A stretch of DNA of 64,000 nt from Gammaproteobacteria bacterium (GTDB lineage Bacteria > Pseudomonadota > Gammaproteobacteria > Eutrophobiales > Eutrophobiaceae), in contig CBDCTH010000012.1 of assembly GCA_965222155.1 (NCBI GenBank), forward strand, positions 320,001 through 384,000. Direction: 5' to 3'. Of the stretch, positions 29,163-40,743 are shown piece after piece (within the stretch, counting starts at the first letter, position 1; each line of letters begins with the position of its first letter). Under the pieces are notes generated by a model. It worked only from the letters and a program-made list of their open reading frames with translations. It was not told where the DNA came from and ran no database searches. A program made the translations under genes and the position numbers.

Positions 29163-30760
29163 GCGGCGCCGGTGATAGACCGGTTCAGCGCACCGGAGAC
29201 GGTCATGGCAGGTGAGCAGGTCACCTTGCGTTGGGTTTTGTCCGGTGGCCCGGTGACGGGCATCGAGGTGACCTACAGCGCCGCGGGGGACGCGCAGGGC
29301 TCGGGGACGCTCGGCAAAGACGAGATCTCTTGGACCACCACGGTGGCGCCCACCGAGGCTGAGACCGTGTTCACGCTGACGGTGATCGGCCCCGGTGGTG
29401 TGGTCACGCGGACGCTCACGGTCGCCATGGCGGCGCCGGTGATAGACCGGTTCAGCGCACCGGAGACGGTCATGGCGGGTGAGCAGGTCACCTTGCGTTG
29501 GGCCTTGTCCGGTGGCCCGGTGACGGGTATCGAGGTGACCTACAGCGCCGCGGGGGACGCGCAGCGCTCGGGGACGCTCGGCCAGGACGAGACCGCCTGG
29601 ACTACCACGGTGGCGCCCACCGAGGCTGAGACCGTCTTCACGCTGACGGTCACCGGCCCCGGTGGTGTGGTCGCGCGGACGCTCACGGTCGCCATGGCGG
29701 CGCCGGTGATAGACCGTTTCAGCGCACCGGAGACGGTCATGGTGGGCGAGCAGGTGACGTTATCCTGGGCCTTGTCCGGTGGCCCGGTGACGGGTATCGA
29801 GGTGACCTACAGCGCCGCGGGGGACGCGCAGCGCTCGGGGACGCTCGGCAAAGACGAGAGCTCTTGGACCACCACGGTGGCGCCCACCGAGGCTGAGACC
29901 GTCTTCACGCTGACGGTGACCGGCCCCGGTGGTGTGGTCACGCGGACGCTCACGGTCGCCATGGCGGCGCCGGTGATAGACCGGTTCAGCGCACCGGAGA
30001 CGGTCATGGCGGGTGAGCAGGTCACCTTATCCTGGGCCTTGTCCGGTGGCCCGGTGACGGGTATCGAGGTGACCTACAGCGCCGCGGGGGACGCGCAGGG
30101 CTCGGGGACGCTCGGCCAGGACGAGACCGCCTGGACTACCACGGTGGCGCCCACCGAGGCTGAGACCGTCTTCACGCTGACGGTCACCGGCCCCGGTGGT
30201 GTGGTCGCGCGGACGCTCACGGTCGCCATGGCGGCGCCGGTGATAGACCGGTTCAGCGCACCGGAGACGGTCATGGCGGGTGAGCAGGTCACCTTATCCT
30301 GGGCCTTGTCCGGTGGCCCGGTGACGGGTATCGAGGTGACCTACAGCGCCGCGGGGGACGCGCAGCGCTCGGGGACGCTCGGCGAGGACGAGACCGCCTG
30401 GACTACCACGGTGGCGCCCACCGAGGCTGAGACCGTGTTCACGCTGACGGTCACCGGCCCCGGTGGTGTGGTCGCGCGGACGCTCACGGTCGCCATGGCG
30501 GCGCCGGTGATAGACCGTTTCAGCGCACCGGAGACGGTCATGGCGGGTGAGCAGGTCACCTTATCCTGGGCCTTGTCCGGCGGCCCGGTGACGGGTATCG
30601 AGGTGACCTACAGCGCCGCGGGGGATGCGCAGGGCTCGGGGACGCTCGGCGAGGACGAGACCGCCTGGACCACCACGGTGGCGCCCACCGAGGCTGAGAC
30701 CGTCTTCACGCTGACGGTGACCGGCCCCGGTGGTGTGGCCACCCGGACCGTCACGGTGAG
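29163..30760 (+). repeat. Tandem array of six 267-bp units
   Basis: GCGGCGCCGGTGATAGACCG recurs at 29163, 29430, 29697, 29964, 30231 and 30498. Confidence 0.95.
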
Positions 30761-32840
30761 TCGCAACACCGCGCCGGTGGCAGGGGCGGACACGGTGGCT
30801 GTCCTCTGGGGTGGCAGTGTCACCCTGGCGGCGGCGACCTTACTCAGTAATGACACCGATGCGGACGGCGACCCCCTGGTGATTAGCGCGGTACAGGATG
30901 TGGTTGGCGGGGTGTTGGATGAGACCGGGGAGGCCCCGATTGAGGAATTGGTGTTCACCCACGATGGCGCCGCCGGTGCAGCCTCTTTTGCCTATAGTAT
31001 CGAAGACAGTCGCGGCGGGCGGGCGACGGGCACGGTGAGTGTCACGGTCAGCGCCCCGCCCCCGGCGCAGCCGGCAGGGTTGCGGGCGACGGCAGGCGAT
31101 GCGCAGGTGACGTTGGCCTGGAGTGCTCTTGAGGATAGCTCGGTGACCCACTGGCACTACCAGCAACGGGCCGGAAGCGGCAGTTATGGAGCGTGGCAGA
31201 GTATCCCGAACAGTGCCGCGGACACCACGTCGCACACGGTGCGGGGTCTGGTTAACGGAACCCCGTACAGTTTCAGGGTGCGGGCGGTGAACGCGGCCGG
31301 TGCCGGGGCGGTCTCCGATGAGGTGACGGCGACGCCGCAACGTGCCGTGGCGCTGGCGCGGGTGGCCACGCACTGGCTGGCGCGGTTCGGACGCACGCTG
31401 GCCGGTCAGGTGGTGGACGTGATGCACTCTCGGGTGCAGGCGGCGCCCACCCGTCGGCTTACCCTGGGGGGGCAGGACATCACGCTTGATGACACCGCTG
31501 CGGTGAGCGCCACCGAGCCTGGCGATACAACTGCCCCCGCGTTCAGCCGGCAGTCTGCTCACCAGGCGAGGGCTTCAACGCAGCAGGGCAAGCGCGGGGT
31601 CTCTACCCTGGCGGGTGATGGCTACCGTCAGGGCCACACGCTGCGCACGCTGGGCGCCCGTGAGTTCTGGTACAACAGTGCATTTTCATTGGCGTTAGCG
31701 CCCGCGGGCAGTGCGAGCACCTGGAGCATCTGGGGGCGGGCCACGCTGAGTCAATTTGAGGGTAGAGACGATGACGTGTCGGTGGCCGGTGAGGTGGTCT
31801 CGGGCTACCTGGGGTTGGACTGGCATCGAGACCGGTTCAAGAGCGGGGTAATCGTCTCACACACTGGCAGTGACGGTGATTACGGCGTGGCGCGTGAGGA
31901 CGGGGACATTGATGCCAGCCTGACCAGTGGGTATGCCTGGCTGCACTGGTTGCCGCAGGATGCGCTGAGCGTGTGGGCGTTAGCCGGGCTGGGTCGAGGG
32001 GAGCTGGAGCTGAAGGGCACGGGCACGCTTGCGCCAGAGCCGGACCTGGACATGCACCTGGTGGCCGGCGGCTTACAGGCGCGGTTGCCTTCCCTGAGTG
32101 AGCACCTGGCGCTGGCCTTGAAAGCGGATGTGTTTGCGCTGGGTCTGGAGACGGACAGCGTAGCGGGGCTGGCCGGGCTGGATGCAGACAGTCAGCGGCT
32201 GCGGCTGCTGTTGGAGGCCAGCAGTGACCATCTCCTCTCTGATGCGGCCAGCTTGCGTCCGAGTGTTGAGATTGGCGCCCGGTGGGACAACGGGGATGCG
32301 GAGGACGGCGTAGGGCTGGAGGTCGGCGCCGGGCTGGAATACCGCAATGCGGCGAGTGGGGTCCGGCTCAGCGGGCGCGGGCACTGGTTGGTGACCCATG
32401 AGAAGTCGGGCTTTGAGGAATGGGGCGCGAGTGTGGAGTTGCAGGTGGACCCGGGGAGACGGGGGCAGGGCTTCTCGTTGCGCCTGGCGCCGACCTGGGG
32501 GCTGCCGTCTGCCGGGGCCGAGGGAGTATGGGCGGATGCGCGGCGTACCCGCGCGCAGTCGGGCTTGCAAGCTGACAGACAGCAGGCGGCTCGGATGGAG
32601 CTGCAGTTGGGCTATGGGATGGAGGCCTTAGCGGGTCGTGGGCTGTTGACGCCCTATACGGAGGCGGCGTTGCGGGCCAGTCAGGTGCGGCGCCTGCGCA
32701 GTGGGTTACGCGTGCAGGTGACGGATCTCTTCGAGGTCGATGCCTACGGGGAACACCGTGCGTACGAGTTTGAACGCGCGGACAACCGCATGGGGATTAA
32801 CCTGGTGTTGCGGTTCTGACAACGCAATACCAATTTCAAT

Positions 32841-32977
32841 AGGGCATCCTGCCCTCGTGGAGGGCGAGACGCCCTCCCTCCCAGGGAAACATACCCCCTT
32901 ATGGTCAGACTCCCAGGGGACAGATTTAAATCTGTCCCCCTTGTCTTAAACTGTATTGACCTCGATTTAGCGGGAAC
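32841..32977 (+). mobile_element. MITE-like repeat, copy 4 (lacks the left end), upstream of recA
   Basis: Shared core, GGGGACAGATTTAAATCTGTCCCC palindrome and right end TTAGCGGGAAC. Confidence 0.85.
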
Positions 32978-33057
32978 TGCTGTATAAGAAATACCAGACG
33001 AGATGAAATTTATGGAATAATGTATACTTTCTTAACTGACTGATGATGAGAGAATCA

Positions 33058-34086
33058 ATGGACGAGAAGAAAAAACAGGCCCTGGACATCGCCTTGGGGC
33101 AGATTGAAAAGCAGTTCGGCAAGGGCTCCATCATGCGTATGGGGGACGGGTCTGTTGTCCATGACGTAAGCGTAGTATCCACAGGATCATTAGGACTGGA
33201 CCTGGCGCTGGGTGTCGGCGGATTGCCCCGGGGACGGGTCGTCGAAATTTACGGGCCGGAATCCTCCGGCAAGACCACCCTGGCCTTGCACGTGGCCGCG
33301 GAAATACAGAAAGCCGGCGGTACGGCGGCATTTGTGGACGCGGAGCATGCCCTGGATCCGAAATATGCGGAAAAACTCGGGGTGGAAATTGCAGACCTGC
33401 TGGTCTCGCAGCCGGATACCGGCGAACAGGCCCTCGAGATCACCGACATGCTGGTTCGATCCGGCGCCACGGACCTGATCATTATCGATTCCGTCGCGGC
33501 ATTGACGCCCAAAGCGGAAATAGAAGGGGAAATGGGTGACAGCCACATGGGGCTGCAGGCCCGGTTGATGTCCCAGGCCCTGAGGAAACTCACGGCCAAC
33601 ATCAAGCGTTCCAACACGCTGGTGGTATTTATCAACCAGATACGCATGAAGATCGGTGTGATGTTCGGCAACCCGGAAACGACTACCGGAGGTAACGCAC
33701 TGAAGTTTTATGCATCTGTGCGTATGGATATCCGCAGGATCGGCGCGATAAAGAAAAACGATGAAGTCGTAGGCAACGAAACCCGCGTCAAGGTGGTCAA
33801 AAACAAGGTGGCGCCACCGTTCAGAGAGGCTTTTTTCGATATCCTGTATGGTCGCGGCATTTCCCGTGAAGGAGAAATTATCACCCTGGGTGTGCAACAC
33901 GGCATAATTGAAAAAACCGGCGCCTGGTATGGCTACAACGGCTCGCGCATAGGCCAGGGGAAAGACAACGTGCGCAATTTCCTGCAGGAACATCCCGAGC
34001 TTGCAGCGGAAATTGAGCAGGCAGTGAGAGGTAAAGTCCTGCCACAGACTGCTGTGGCGGAAACGGCGGAGGAGCCCCGGACCTGA
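33058..34086 (+). CDS. recA: Recombinase RecA
   Basis: [36 protein letters not shown]. Confidence 0.99.
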   Translation: MDEKKKQALDIALGQIEKQFGKGSIMRMGDGSVVHDVSVVSTGSLGLDLALGVGGLPRGRVVEIYGPESSGKTTLALHVAAEIQKAGGTAAFVDAEHALDPKYAEKLGVEIADLLVSQPDTGEQALEITDMLVRSGATDLIIIDSVAALTPKAEIEGEMGDSHMGLQARLMSQALRKLTANIKRSNTLVVFINQIRMKIGVMFGNPETTTGGNALKFYASVRMDIRRIGAIKKNDEVVGNETRVKVVKNKVAPPFREAFFDILYGRGISREGEIITLGVQHGIIEKTGAWYGYNGSRIGQGKDNVRNFLQEHPELAAEIEQAVRGKVLPQTAVAETAEEPRT

Positions 34087-34121
34087 GTTACGGTCAAACA
34101 ACGGAGATCAGGAAGCGGGCA

Positions 34122-34535
34122 ATGGACCTGCTCGCCCGGCGCGAGCATTCTGAACAGGAGTTGCAACAAAAACTGCTGGCGCGTGGATACGGTCCGGAAG
34201 CTGTCGGGGAAGTCCTGGTAGGTCTTAAAACGGCGGGGGTGCAGGATGATGTGCGCTATACCGAGGCGTATATCCTCAGCCGAGTAGCTAAAGGATATGG
34301 ACCGGTGCGGATCTCCCGGGAACTGTACGAGCGCGGCATTACCGAGACACTTGTAACGCAGGTGTTGGCCGGAATGGATTTGGATTGGGATGAACGCATC
34401 CAGGCAGTCCGGCAGAAGAAGTTCGGCCGGCAAGCACTGGCCGATATCAGGGAGCAGGCAAGACAATCCCGTTTTCTGCTGTATCGCGGTTTTACCTCTG
34501 ATCAGACCCAGAGGGTATTCAAAAAGAGTGACTGA
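34122..34535 (+). CDS. recX: RecX regulator (start may lie slightly upstream)
   Basis: [25 protein letters not shown]; follows recA. Confidence 0.93.
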   Translation: MDLLARREHSEQELQQKLLARGYGPEAVGEVLVGLKTAGVQDDVRYTEAYILSRVAKGYGPVRISRELYERGITETLVTQVLAGMDLDWDERIQAVRQKKFGRQALADIREQARQSRFLLYRGFTSDQTQRVFKKSD

Positions 34536-34543
34536 TTAACGGG

Positions 34544-37162
34544 ATGAAGTATATCGAAGCAAACGGCATTCGTCGGCGGTTCCTGGATTATTTCGAGCGC
34601 CGCGGGCACGAAGTGGTGGCAAGCTCACCCCTGGTGCCGGCCAATGATCCGACGCTGTTGTTCACCAATGCCGGCATGGTGCAGTTCAAGGAGGTGTTCC
34701 TCGGACTTGAGCAACGCGCCAGTCCGCGCGCCGTTACCGCCCAGCGTTGTGTACGCGCCGGCGGCAAGCATAACGACCTGGAAAATGTAGGCTATACCGC
34801 CCGCCACCACACTTTTTTCGAGATGCTGGGCAATTTCAGCTTCGGAGATTATTTCAAGGAACAGGCCATACACTATGCCTGGGAGTTCCTCACCGGGGAA
34901 CTGGCTATCCCGAAAGAGAAACTCTGGGTGACCGTCTACCGGGATGATACCGAGGCGGAGGCCATCTGGTTGCAGCAGGTCGGGGTCGATAAAGACCGGT
35001 TCAGCCGTTGTGGAGAAAAAGACAACTTCTGGTCAATGGGAGATACGGGTCCCTGTGGGCCATGCAGTGAGATTTTTTATGATTACGGCGAGACGGTGCC
35101 TGGCGGCCCACCGGGCAGCGCCGACCAGGACAGTGACCGCTACGTGGAAATCTGGAACCTCGTGTTCATGGAATTCAATCGCGACGCAGAAGGTAAACTG
35201 CATCCCCTGCCGAGACCGTCCGTTGATACAGGCATGGGCCTGGAGCGGGCCGCGGCACTGTTGCAGGGCGTCCACAACAACTACGAAACAGACTTGTTCC
35301 GTCCCCTGATCGACGCAGTGCATTCCCTGGCGGGCGGCGCTACGACTGACCCCATCTCCACCCGGGTGCTGTCCGATCATATCCGCTCTTGTGCCTTCTT
35401 GATCGCCGATGGCGTAATCCCGGCCAATGAGGGCAGGGGTTACGTACTGCGCCGTATCATCCGCCGGGCGCTACGGCATGGGGCCAAGCTGGGTTTCAAT
35501 GAACCGTTCTTCCATAAGCTGGTAGACCCTCTTGATGGCGTCATGGGGGATGCCTGCCCTGAATTGACCAGGGCAAAAGAGTTCGTGATGAATACCCTGA
35601 AACAGGAGGAAGAGCGGTTTGCCGAGACCCTCGAGCAAGGTCTTAAACACCTGGAAGCAGCCATCGACACGCTTGTCTCCGGTACTATCCCCGGCGCTGT
35701 CGTTTTCAAGCTTTATGACACTTACGGTTTTCCCGTTGACCTGACTGCCGATATAGCCCGCGAGCGCCGGCTTAATCTGGACCTGGCCGGTTTTGACAAG
35801 TGTATGGAGGAGCAACGCCAACGAGCGCGGGAGGCAAATAAATTTGCCGTTGATGTCTCCGTCCTCCCTGACCTGAAAGGGCATGACTGCGGTTTCAAAG
35901 GTTATGATTCCCTGCGCGTGAACGGGCAGGTAACGGCTTTGCTGCGGGATAACCAGATTGTTGACCGGCTTGAAGAAGGCCAGGCCGGCGCTGTTGTGCT
36001 GGACCAGACCCCATTCTACGCGGAGTCAGGCGGACAGGTTGGCGACCGGGGTGAGTTGGCTTCGGATACGGGTGCATTCAGTATTGATGACACGCAAAAG
36101 CAAGGGAATGCCCACATTCATCTTGGCAAGGTAAGCCGTGGAACCTTGCAAACCGGCCAGCAGGTGCTCGCACAGGTGGACCCCATCACCCGCATCAATA
36201 CGGTGCGCAACCATTCGGCGACACATCTGTTACATGCCGCGTTACGGGAAGTGCTGGGCGATCACGTAACCCAGCAAGGTTCCCTGGTAGCGCCGGACCG
36301 CCTGCGCTTTGATTTTTCCCATCCCGAACCCGTATCGGAACAGCAGATGCTGCAGGTTGAGCGGCTCGTCAACCGTAAGATACTGGAAAATATCGATACC
36401 GAAATACAACTGATGCCCCTGGATGAGGCGCTGAAGTCAGGCGCCATGTCGTTATTCGGTGAGAAATACGATGAACAGGTGCGGGTATTGAACATCGGCG
36501 GCGATTTTTCGGTGGAGTTGTGCGGCGGTACACACGTAGCGCGCGCCGGAGACATCGGCTTGTTCAAATTCGTTGCGGAGACAGGGATTGCCGCCGGCGT
36601 TCGACGGGTTGAGGCGGTCACTGGTCTGGGCGCGCTGGCCCTGGTTGAGGCCGAGGAAGCGGAGTTGGCCGATCTGGCCCGGTTGCTGAAATCTGATCGG
36701 AACAAACTCACGGCAAAACTGGAACAGGTGCTGGAGCACTCCAGGCGTCTCGAAAAGGAACTGGAACAGGTAAAGCAAAAAATGGCCGGCCGTGTCGGCG
36801 CTAAATTAAGCGAGCAGTCTGAAGTGATCAATGGTATACATGTCCTTGCCCGTAATATGGATGAGGCCGACCCGAAAACATTGCGGGATATGGTCGATCA
36901 GTTGAAGAGTAAACTGGGTACGGCCGTTATAGTCCTGGGCACGGTCAAGGGCGATAAAGTCAGCCTGGTGGCGGGAGTCACAAAAGACAGCATGGATAAA
37001 GTGCAAGCCGACGAGTTGGTCAATTATGTCGCGCAACAAGTCGGTGGCAGAGGAGGGGGCCGTCCGGACCTCGCACAGGCGGGCGGCAATGACCCATCCG
37101 CCTTGCAGCGCGCGTTGGCAAGCGTGTCCGCCTGGGTGACACAGAAGACAGGTAAGATCTGA
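34544..37162 (+). CDS. alaS: Alanine--tRNA ligase
   Basis: [53 protein letters not shown]. Confidence 0.99.
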   Translation: MKYIEANGIRRRFLDYFERRGHEVVASSPLVPANDPTLLFTNAGMVQFKEVFLGLEQRASPRAVTAQRCVRAGGKHNDLENVGYTARHHTFFEMLGNFSFGDYFKEQAIHYAWEFLTGELAIPKEKLWVTVYRDDTEAEAIWLQQVGVDKDRFSRCGEKDNFWSMGDTGPCGPCSEIFYDYGETVPGGPPGSADQDSDRYVEIWNLVFMEFNRDAEGKLHPLPRPSVDTGMGLERAAALLQGVHNNYETDLFRPLIDAVHSLAGGATTDPISTRVLSDHIRSCAFLIADGVIPANEGRGYVLRRIIRRALRHGAKLGFNEPFFHKLVDPLDGVMGDACPELTRAKEFVMNTLKQEEERFAETLEQGLKHLEAAIDTLVSGTIPGAVVFKLYDTYGFPVDLTADIARERRLNLDLAGFDKCMEEQRQRAREANKFAVDVSVLPDLKGHDCGFKGYDSLRVNGQVTALLRDNQIVDRLEEGQAGAVVLDQTPFYAESGGQVGDRGELASDTGAFSIDDTQKQGNAHIHLGKVSRGTLQTGQQVLAQVDPITRINTVRNHSATHLLHAALREVLGDHVTQQGSLVAPDRLRFDFSHPEPVSEQQMLQVERLVNRKILENIDTEIQLMPLDEALKSGAMSLFGEKYDEQVRVLNIGGDFSVELCGGTHVARAGDIGLFKFVAETGIAAGVRRVEAVTGLGALALVEAEEAELADLARLLKSDRNKLTAKLEQVLEHSRRLEKELEQVKQKMAGRVGAKLSEQSEVINGIHVLARNMDEADPKTLRDMVDQLKSKLGTAVIVLGTVKGDKVSLVAGVTKDSMDKVQADELVNYVAQQVGGRGGGRPDLAQAGGNDPSALQRALASVSAWVTQKTGKI

Positions 37163-37165
37163 ATC

Positions 37166-38410
37166 ATGTCCCTTATCATTCTAAAATTCGGCGGTACTTC
37201 AGTCGCTACGGTCGAACGGATCAAGGCGGTCGCCGATATCGTTATAGCAACGCGCAAGCAGGGACACCAGGTGGTAGTAGTTCTATCGGCTATGGCCGGT
37301 GAGACGGACCGGCTCATTGAACTGGCAGGACAGGTGGCAAAAGACCCGGTTTCGCGGGAGTTGGACGTGTTGTTGTCCACCGGAGAGCAAGTGACTATTG
37401 CCTTGCTGAGCATGGTGTTACATGACAGGAAATATCCGGCCGTTTCCTATACCGGCGGCCAGGTCCATATTCTTACGGATAACGTCCATAACAAGGCCCG
37501 TATTGTTGATATCGAGTCGGCTCGGGTAAAAAAAGACCTGACTGGCCATAAAATAGTTGTAATTGCGGGTTTTCAAGGTATTGACGAAAACGGTAATATC
37601 ACCACTCTTGGGCGAGGCGGCACGGATACCACTGCCGTTGCCATGGCAGTGGCGCTGAATGCCGATGAATGCAGGATATATACGGACGTGGACGGAGTAT
37701 ATACGGCGGATCCCCGGATCGTTCCTGAAGCAAAACGCATGGATAAAATAGCCTACGAGGAGATGCTGGAACTGGCCAGCCTGGGGGCGAAAGTGCTGCA
37801 GATACGCTCTGTGGAATTCGCCAATAAATATAAAGTACCAATGCGTGTTCTGTCCTCTTTTACAGAGGGGCCGGGCACGCTCATTACAGATGAGGATGAA
37901 GAAATGGAACGGGCGCTTATCGCGGGTATTGCCCACAATCGTGACGAGGCAAAGCTGACGCTGCTTGGTGTGCCGGATGAACCCGGCATCGCCGGCGCGA
38001 TACTGAGCCCGATCGCCGACGCCGATATCGAGGTTGATATGATCGTACAGAACGTTGGAGTGGACAATACGACAGATTTTACCTTCACCGTACATCGGAC
38101 CGATTTCAACAGGGCAATGACGTTACTGAAAAAAACTGCCCGGGGCCTGGGCGCAAAGGAAGTTCAGGGAGACGACCGCATTGTCAAGATTTCCGTGGTG
38201 GGAGTGGGCATGCGCTCTCATGCCGGGATCGCAAACAGGATGTTTTCCGCGCTGGCTGACGAGGGTATCAATATACAGATGATATCCACGTCAGAAATAA
38301 AAATTTCAGTTGTTGTTGCCGAAAAGTATTTGGAATTGGGCGTAAGAACGTTACACTCTGCATTCGGCCTTGAAGGCGATGGCGACGTAATTGATGATGC
38401 TGCAGGGTGA
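37166..38410 (+). CDS. lysC: Aspartate kinase
   Basis: KFGGTSV, TTLGRGGTDTTA, DVDGVYTADP; two ACT domains. Confidence 0.97.
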   Translation: MSLIILKFGGTSVATVERIKAVADIVIATRKQGHQVVVVLSAMAGETDRLIELAGQVAKDPVSRELDVLLSTGEQVTIALLSMVLHDRKYPAVSYTGGQVHILTDNVHNKARIVDIESARVKKDLTGHKIVVIAGFQGIDENGNITTLGRGGTDTTAVAMAVALNADECRIYTDVDGVYTADPRIVPEAKRMDKIAYEEMLELASLGAKVLQIRSVEFANKYKVPMRVLSSFTEGPGTLITDEDEEMERALIAGIAHNRDEAKLTLLGVPDEPGIAGAILSPIADADIEVDMIVQNVGVDNTTDFTFTVHRTDFNRAMTLLKKTARGLGAKEVQGDDRIVKISVVGVGMRSHAGIANRMFSALADEGINIQMISTSEIKISVVVAEKYLELGVRTLHSAFGLEGDGDVIDDAAG

Positions 38411-38529
38411 TTAAGGAACCTCTGACTTAATCAGGGGTTCTCCAATGATTGTGCATTAAATTATGCGGAAAATATTGCCGGAAAAGGCTAATATAATTAA
38501 TACCTAGGGAAAAAACAGGAGAAATAGAG

Positions 38530-38796
38530 ATGTTGATATTAACACGCAGGATTGGCGAGTCTCTGATGATCGGGGATGATGTCAATGTGACCGTACTCGG
38601 AATACGCGGCAACCAGGTTCGAATCGGAGTAAATGCCCCCAAAGAAATTGCGGTACACCGAGAGGAGATTTACGAACGTATCCAACTGGAGAAGGTAAAA
38701 CAGGCAAAAGCCCAACTCGCTCAGGAATACATGGACGAACCGGAACCGGAACCGGAAGTGGAAGTGGAAGTGGAAGGCAGCGACGTAAATACGTAA
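38530..38796 (+). CDS. csrA: Carbon storage regulator with an acidic C-terminal extension
   Basis: [17 protein letters not shown]...[22 protein letters not shown]. Confidence 0.98.
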   Translation: MLILTRRIGESLMIGDDVNVTVLGIRGNQVRIGVNAPKEIAVHREEIYERIQLEKVKQAKAQLAQEYMDEPEPEPEVEVEVEGSDVNT

Positions 38797-38873
38797 TCAG
38801 CACATAGTCATCAAGTACAGGGGTTCAAGCCCCTGATATTTGCATCTTGAGGTGGTTATATAAGCGCAAGCAC

Positions 38874-38964
38874 GGAGAGGTGGCCGAGTGGCTGAAGGCG
38901 CTCCCCTGCTAAGGGAGTATGGGTTGAAAGCCCATCGAGGGTTCGAATCCCTCTCTCTCCGCCA
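38874..38964 (+). tRNA. tRNA-Ser(GCT)
   Basis: GGAGAGG/CTCTCC acceptor stem, anticodon loop CTGCTAA, long variable arm, GGTTCGAATCC, CCA end. Confidence 0.97.
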
Positions 38965-38980
38965 ATTTCAACAGGGTGCT

Positions 38981-39017
38981 TACCGGAGACATGGTTGACA
39001 CATTATACCGGTGACAT
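38981..39017. mobile_element. Putative transposon-end motif after tRNA-Ser
   Basis: TACCGGAGACATGGTTGACA plus a degenerate TACCGGTGACAT; near-identical motif at 57981. Confidence 0.5.
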
Positions 39018-39319
39018 TAATTTGCACTTTATCGATTATCTACTGCCTCAGAAGAATAGCTTCAGAGGTTGACATTTTCCTGTTGCATTAGCCAACACCC
39101 TCTAACCATTTTCCGAGAGGCAAAGTCTTAATCCCGTACTTTTCCCGGGCCCGGTCGAGTTGAAATACAAGCTGTATTGGTTCTTTTGGTTTCAGTCTGT
39201 CTGCGTAATACCTGAGGCTATTGCTGACGGTGTCATCCGATCGGCGACGTCGATGGGGTGTAGCCGGTAAAAGCGTCCCCGGTTTTACGGAAGGCGTCGC
39301 CACATCGATCCTGCATTAC

Positions 39320-39415
39320 GGTACACCGGTGAGGGCGCCCAGAGCGAATACAATTGCTGAGCGATGGTTACGAGCGATTAGGTCGGAATGTCTTGATCAC
39401 CTGTTTTTCTTACCA
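39320..39415 (+). pseudogene. Integrase-core (rve/DDE) transposase fragment
   Basis: TPVRAPRANTIAERWLRAIRSECLDHLFF. Confidence 0.7.
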
Positions 39416-39452
39416 AACTTGCAGGATGTGATTAAAATTAATTAAAAAGTCG

Positions 39453-40610
39453 TCAACGCGGCCAGTGTTTCCGATAACGCTGCACCAGCCAGCGGTTGAA
39501 CTGGGGTAGCGTTCCTTCCTGCCATGAATAACGGCCGCGGGGGCCAAAGCGGGAATTGAGTCCTCTTTGCACCATAGTATCGGCATAGATGTCTTGTACG
39601 TTGAAATTGTTTACGCCTGCTTCCGCCTGCTCAAACAGGTATTCGAACATCGGATCTTTCAGGGCTTCCGGATTGAAGCAGTAGTTGATGTCGATGCTGA
39701 TCTGTCCTGCTGCTTGTGAGTCGATAATAAAATAGGCGATCTCGTCGGGTACCACTGCCAGGGCCAGGGTGGGGGGAATAAGAATGAACATGCCGCGTTT
39801 TCGCTCCTCCAGGGTCAGTTTCGGAAAGATGGGCAATAAACATTTTTTTGTCGGGTTGAACGAACCATCGATTTCAGTGAAATGCTGGATGCGTGAGACA
39901 TGATTCATATCGTCGCGCCAATCAAAAAAATCACTCATCCCGCTTGGCGCGAAAGTCTGTAGCGGCCCATGTAAACGACTGGCATGATAAGGGTCGTTGA
40001 AATTCTCCATCATTATCTTCCAGTTCCATGGCAGATCAGGAATTTTCGACCTGCTGCGCGTAGTCGTTTGCGACAGATCGAAATGATCCAGCAACGGATC
40101 AAGCTCAGTCAAAGTCGGGGCCAGCGGTGCAGCTTGATCATCGAAGTTGGTAAAGATAAATCCCTGCCATATTTCAACAGGCAGGGAGGGTAGGTTGTGG
40201 TCCGCCTTATTGAAGCCGACTGCCTGGTCCATTTCCGGTGTCCTGATCAAGCGTCCATCCAGGGCGTAGGTCCAATGGTGATAGGGACAGATAAATCGAC
40301 TGCAATTCCCGCCTTTTTCGGCCAGGACCATGCCGCGATGCTGACAAACCGCCGATATGACCCGGATCCCTTCTTTGGTGTGGGCAACAATAAGCGGCTC
40401 GTCGAAGATGGTTACGACAAGATAGTCACCCACGTTGGGGACCTGGTCGACCCTGCCTGCGCACAGCCATTCCCGGGAGAAGATCGCCTCTTTCTCAAAC
40501 CGGAAAAATTCTTCGGAAGTGTAAATCTCTCGCGGTAACAGGCACGCTTCATTGGTCGGTAATATGGATGCATTGAACGTATTGAGCATCTCTTCGCTAA
40601 ACAGGTTCAT
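39453..40610 (-). CDS. Rieske oxygenase alpha subunit (choline monooxygenase/CntA-like group)
   Basis: CQHRG...CPYHHW Rieske site; NWKIMMENFNDPYH...H mononuclear iron site. Confidence 0.9.
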   Translation of the reverse strand: MNLFSEEMLNTFNASILPTNEACLLPREIYTSEEFFRFEKEAIFSREWLCAGRVDQVPNVGDYLVVTIFDEPLIVAHTKEGIRVISAVCQHRGMVLAEKGGNCSRFICPYHHWTYALDGRLIRTPEMDQAVGFNKADHNLPSLPVEIWQGFIFTNFDDQAAPLAPTLTELDPLLDHFDLSQTTTRSRSKIPDLPWNWKIMMENFNDPYHASRLHGPLQTFAPSGMSDFFDWRDDMNHVSRIQHFTEIDGSFNPTKKCLLPIFPKLTLEERKRGMFILIPPTLALAVVPDEIAYFIIDSQAAGQISIDINYCFNPEALKDPMFEYLFEQAEAGVNNFNVQDIYADTMVQRGLNSRFGPRGRYSWQEGTLPQFNRWLVQRYRKHWPR

Positions 40611-40743
40611 AAATCTTGTCTCCCGGGCTGCTTATACAAGCTTCAGTCCACAATGTTACACTATAATATTATGAACAAGATCGTGTGAATTGCATCAGTG
40701 TGCATAAGCGCACGGAAATTTAACCGGTAGATGGAGATGATAA

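Larger units (their letters stand above)
25608..32819 (+). pseudogene. Giant Fn3/Ig-repeat autotransporter-like adhesin (~2400 aa), split into ORFs 25879-27828, 27722-28684 and 28647-32819
   Basis: Ten Fn3 domains, two cadherin/Ig-like (NTAPVA...ND.DADGD) domains, six 89-aa repeats and a C-terminal beta-barrel ending LVLRF. One frame is restored by removing one C at each of 25726-25745, 27691-27693 and 28605-28607. May be intact in vivo. Confidence 0.85.

Noticed and set aside
29163-30760. Regular repeats as a CRISPR array
   Set aside because: Units are 267-bp in-frame coding repeats with no unique spacers, and no cas genes are present.
25608-32819. Diversity-generating retroelement or retron acting on the adhesin
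   Set aside because: There is no reverse transcriptase in the window, and repeat differences are not adenine-specific.
32956-32990. MITE-supplied -35 (TTGACC) forming a hybrid recA promoter
   Set aside because: The nearest TATAAG is about 21 bp away, too far for sigma70.
32980-32997. LexA box upstream of recA (CTGTATAAGAAATACCAG)
   Set aside because: Spacing is CTG-N12-CAG, not the required CTG-N10-CAG.
33190-34101. Long antisense ORFs (also 5043-6056, 17196-17972, 53905-54798 and others)
   Set aside because: They are shadows of well-supported genes on the opposite strand, with no recognisable motifs.
39088-39230. C-terminal fragment of an ATPase-like gene
   Set aside because: Plausibly coding but cannot be assigned by eye.
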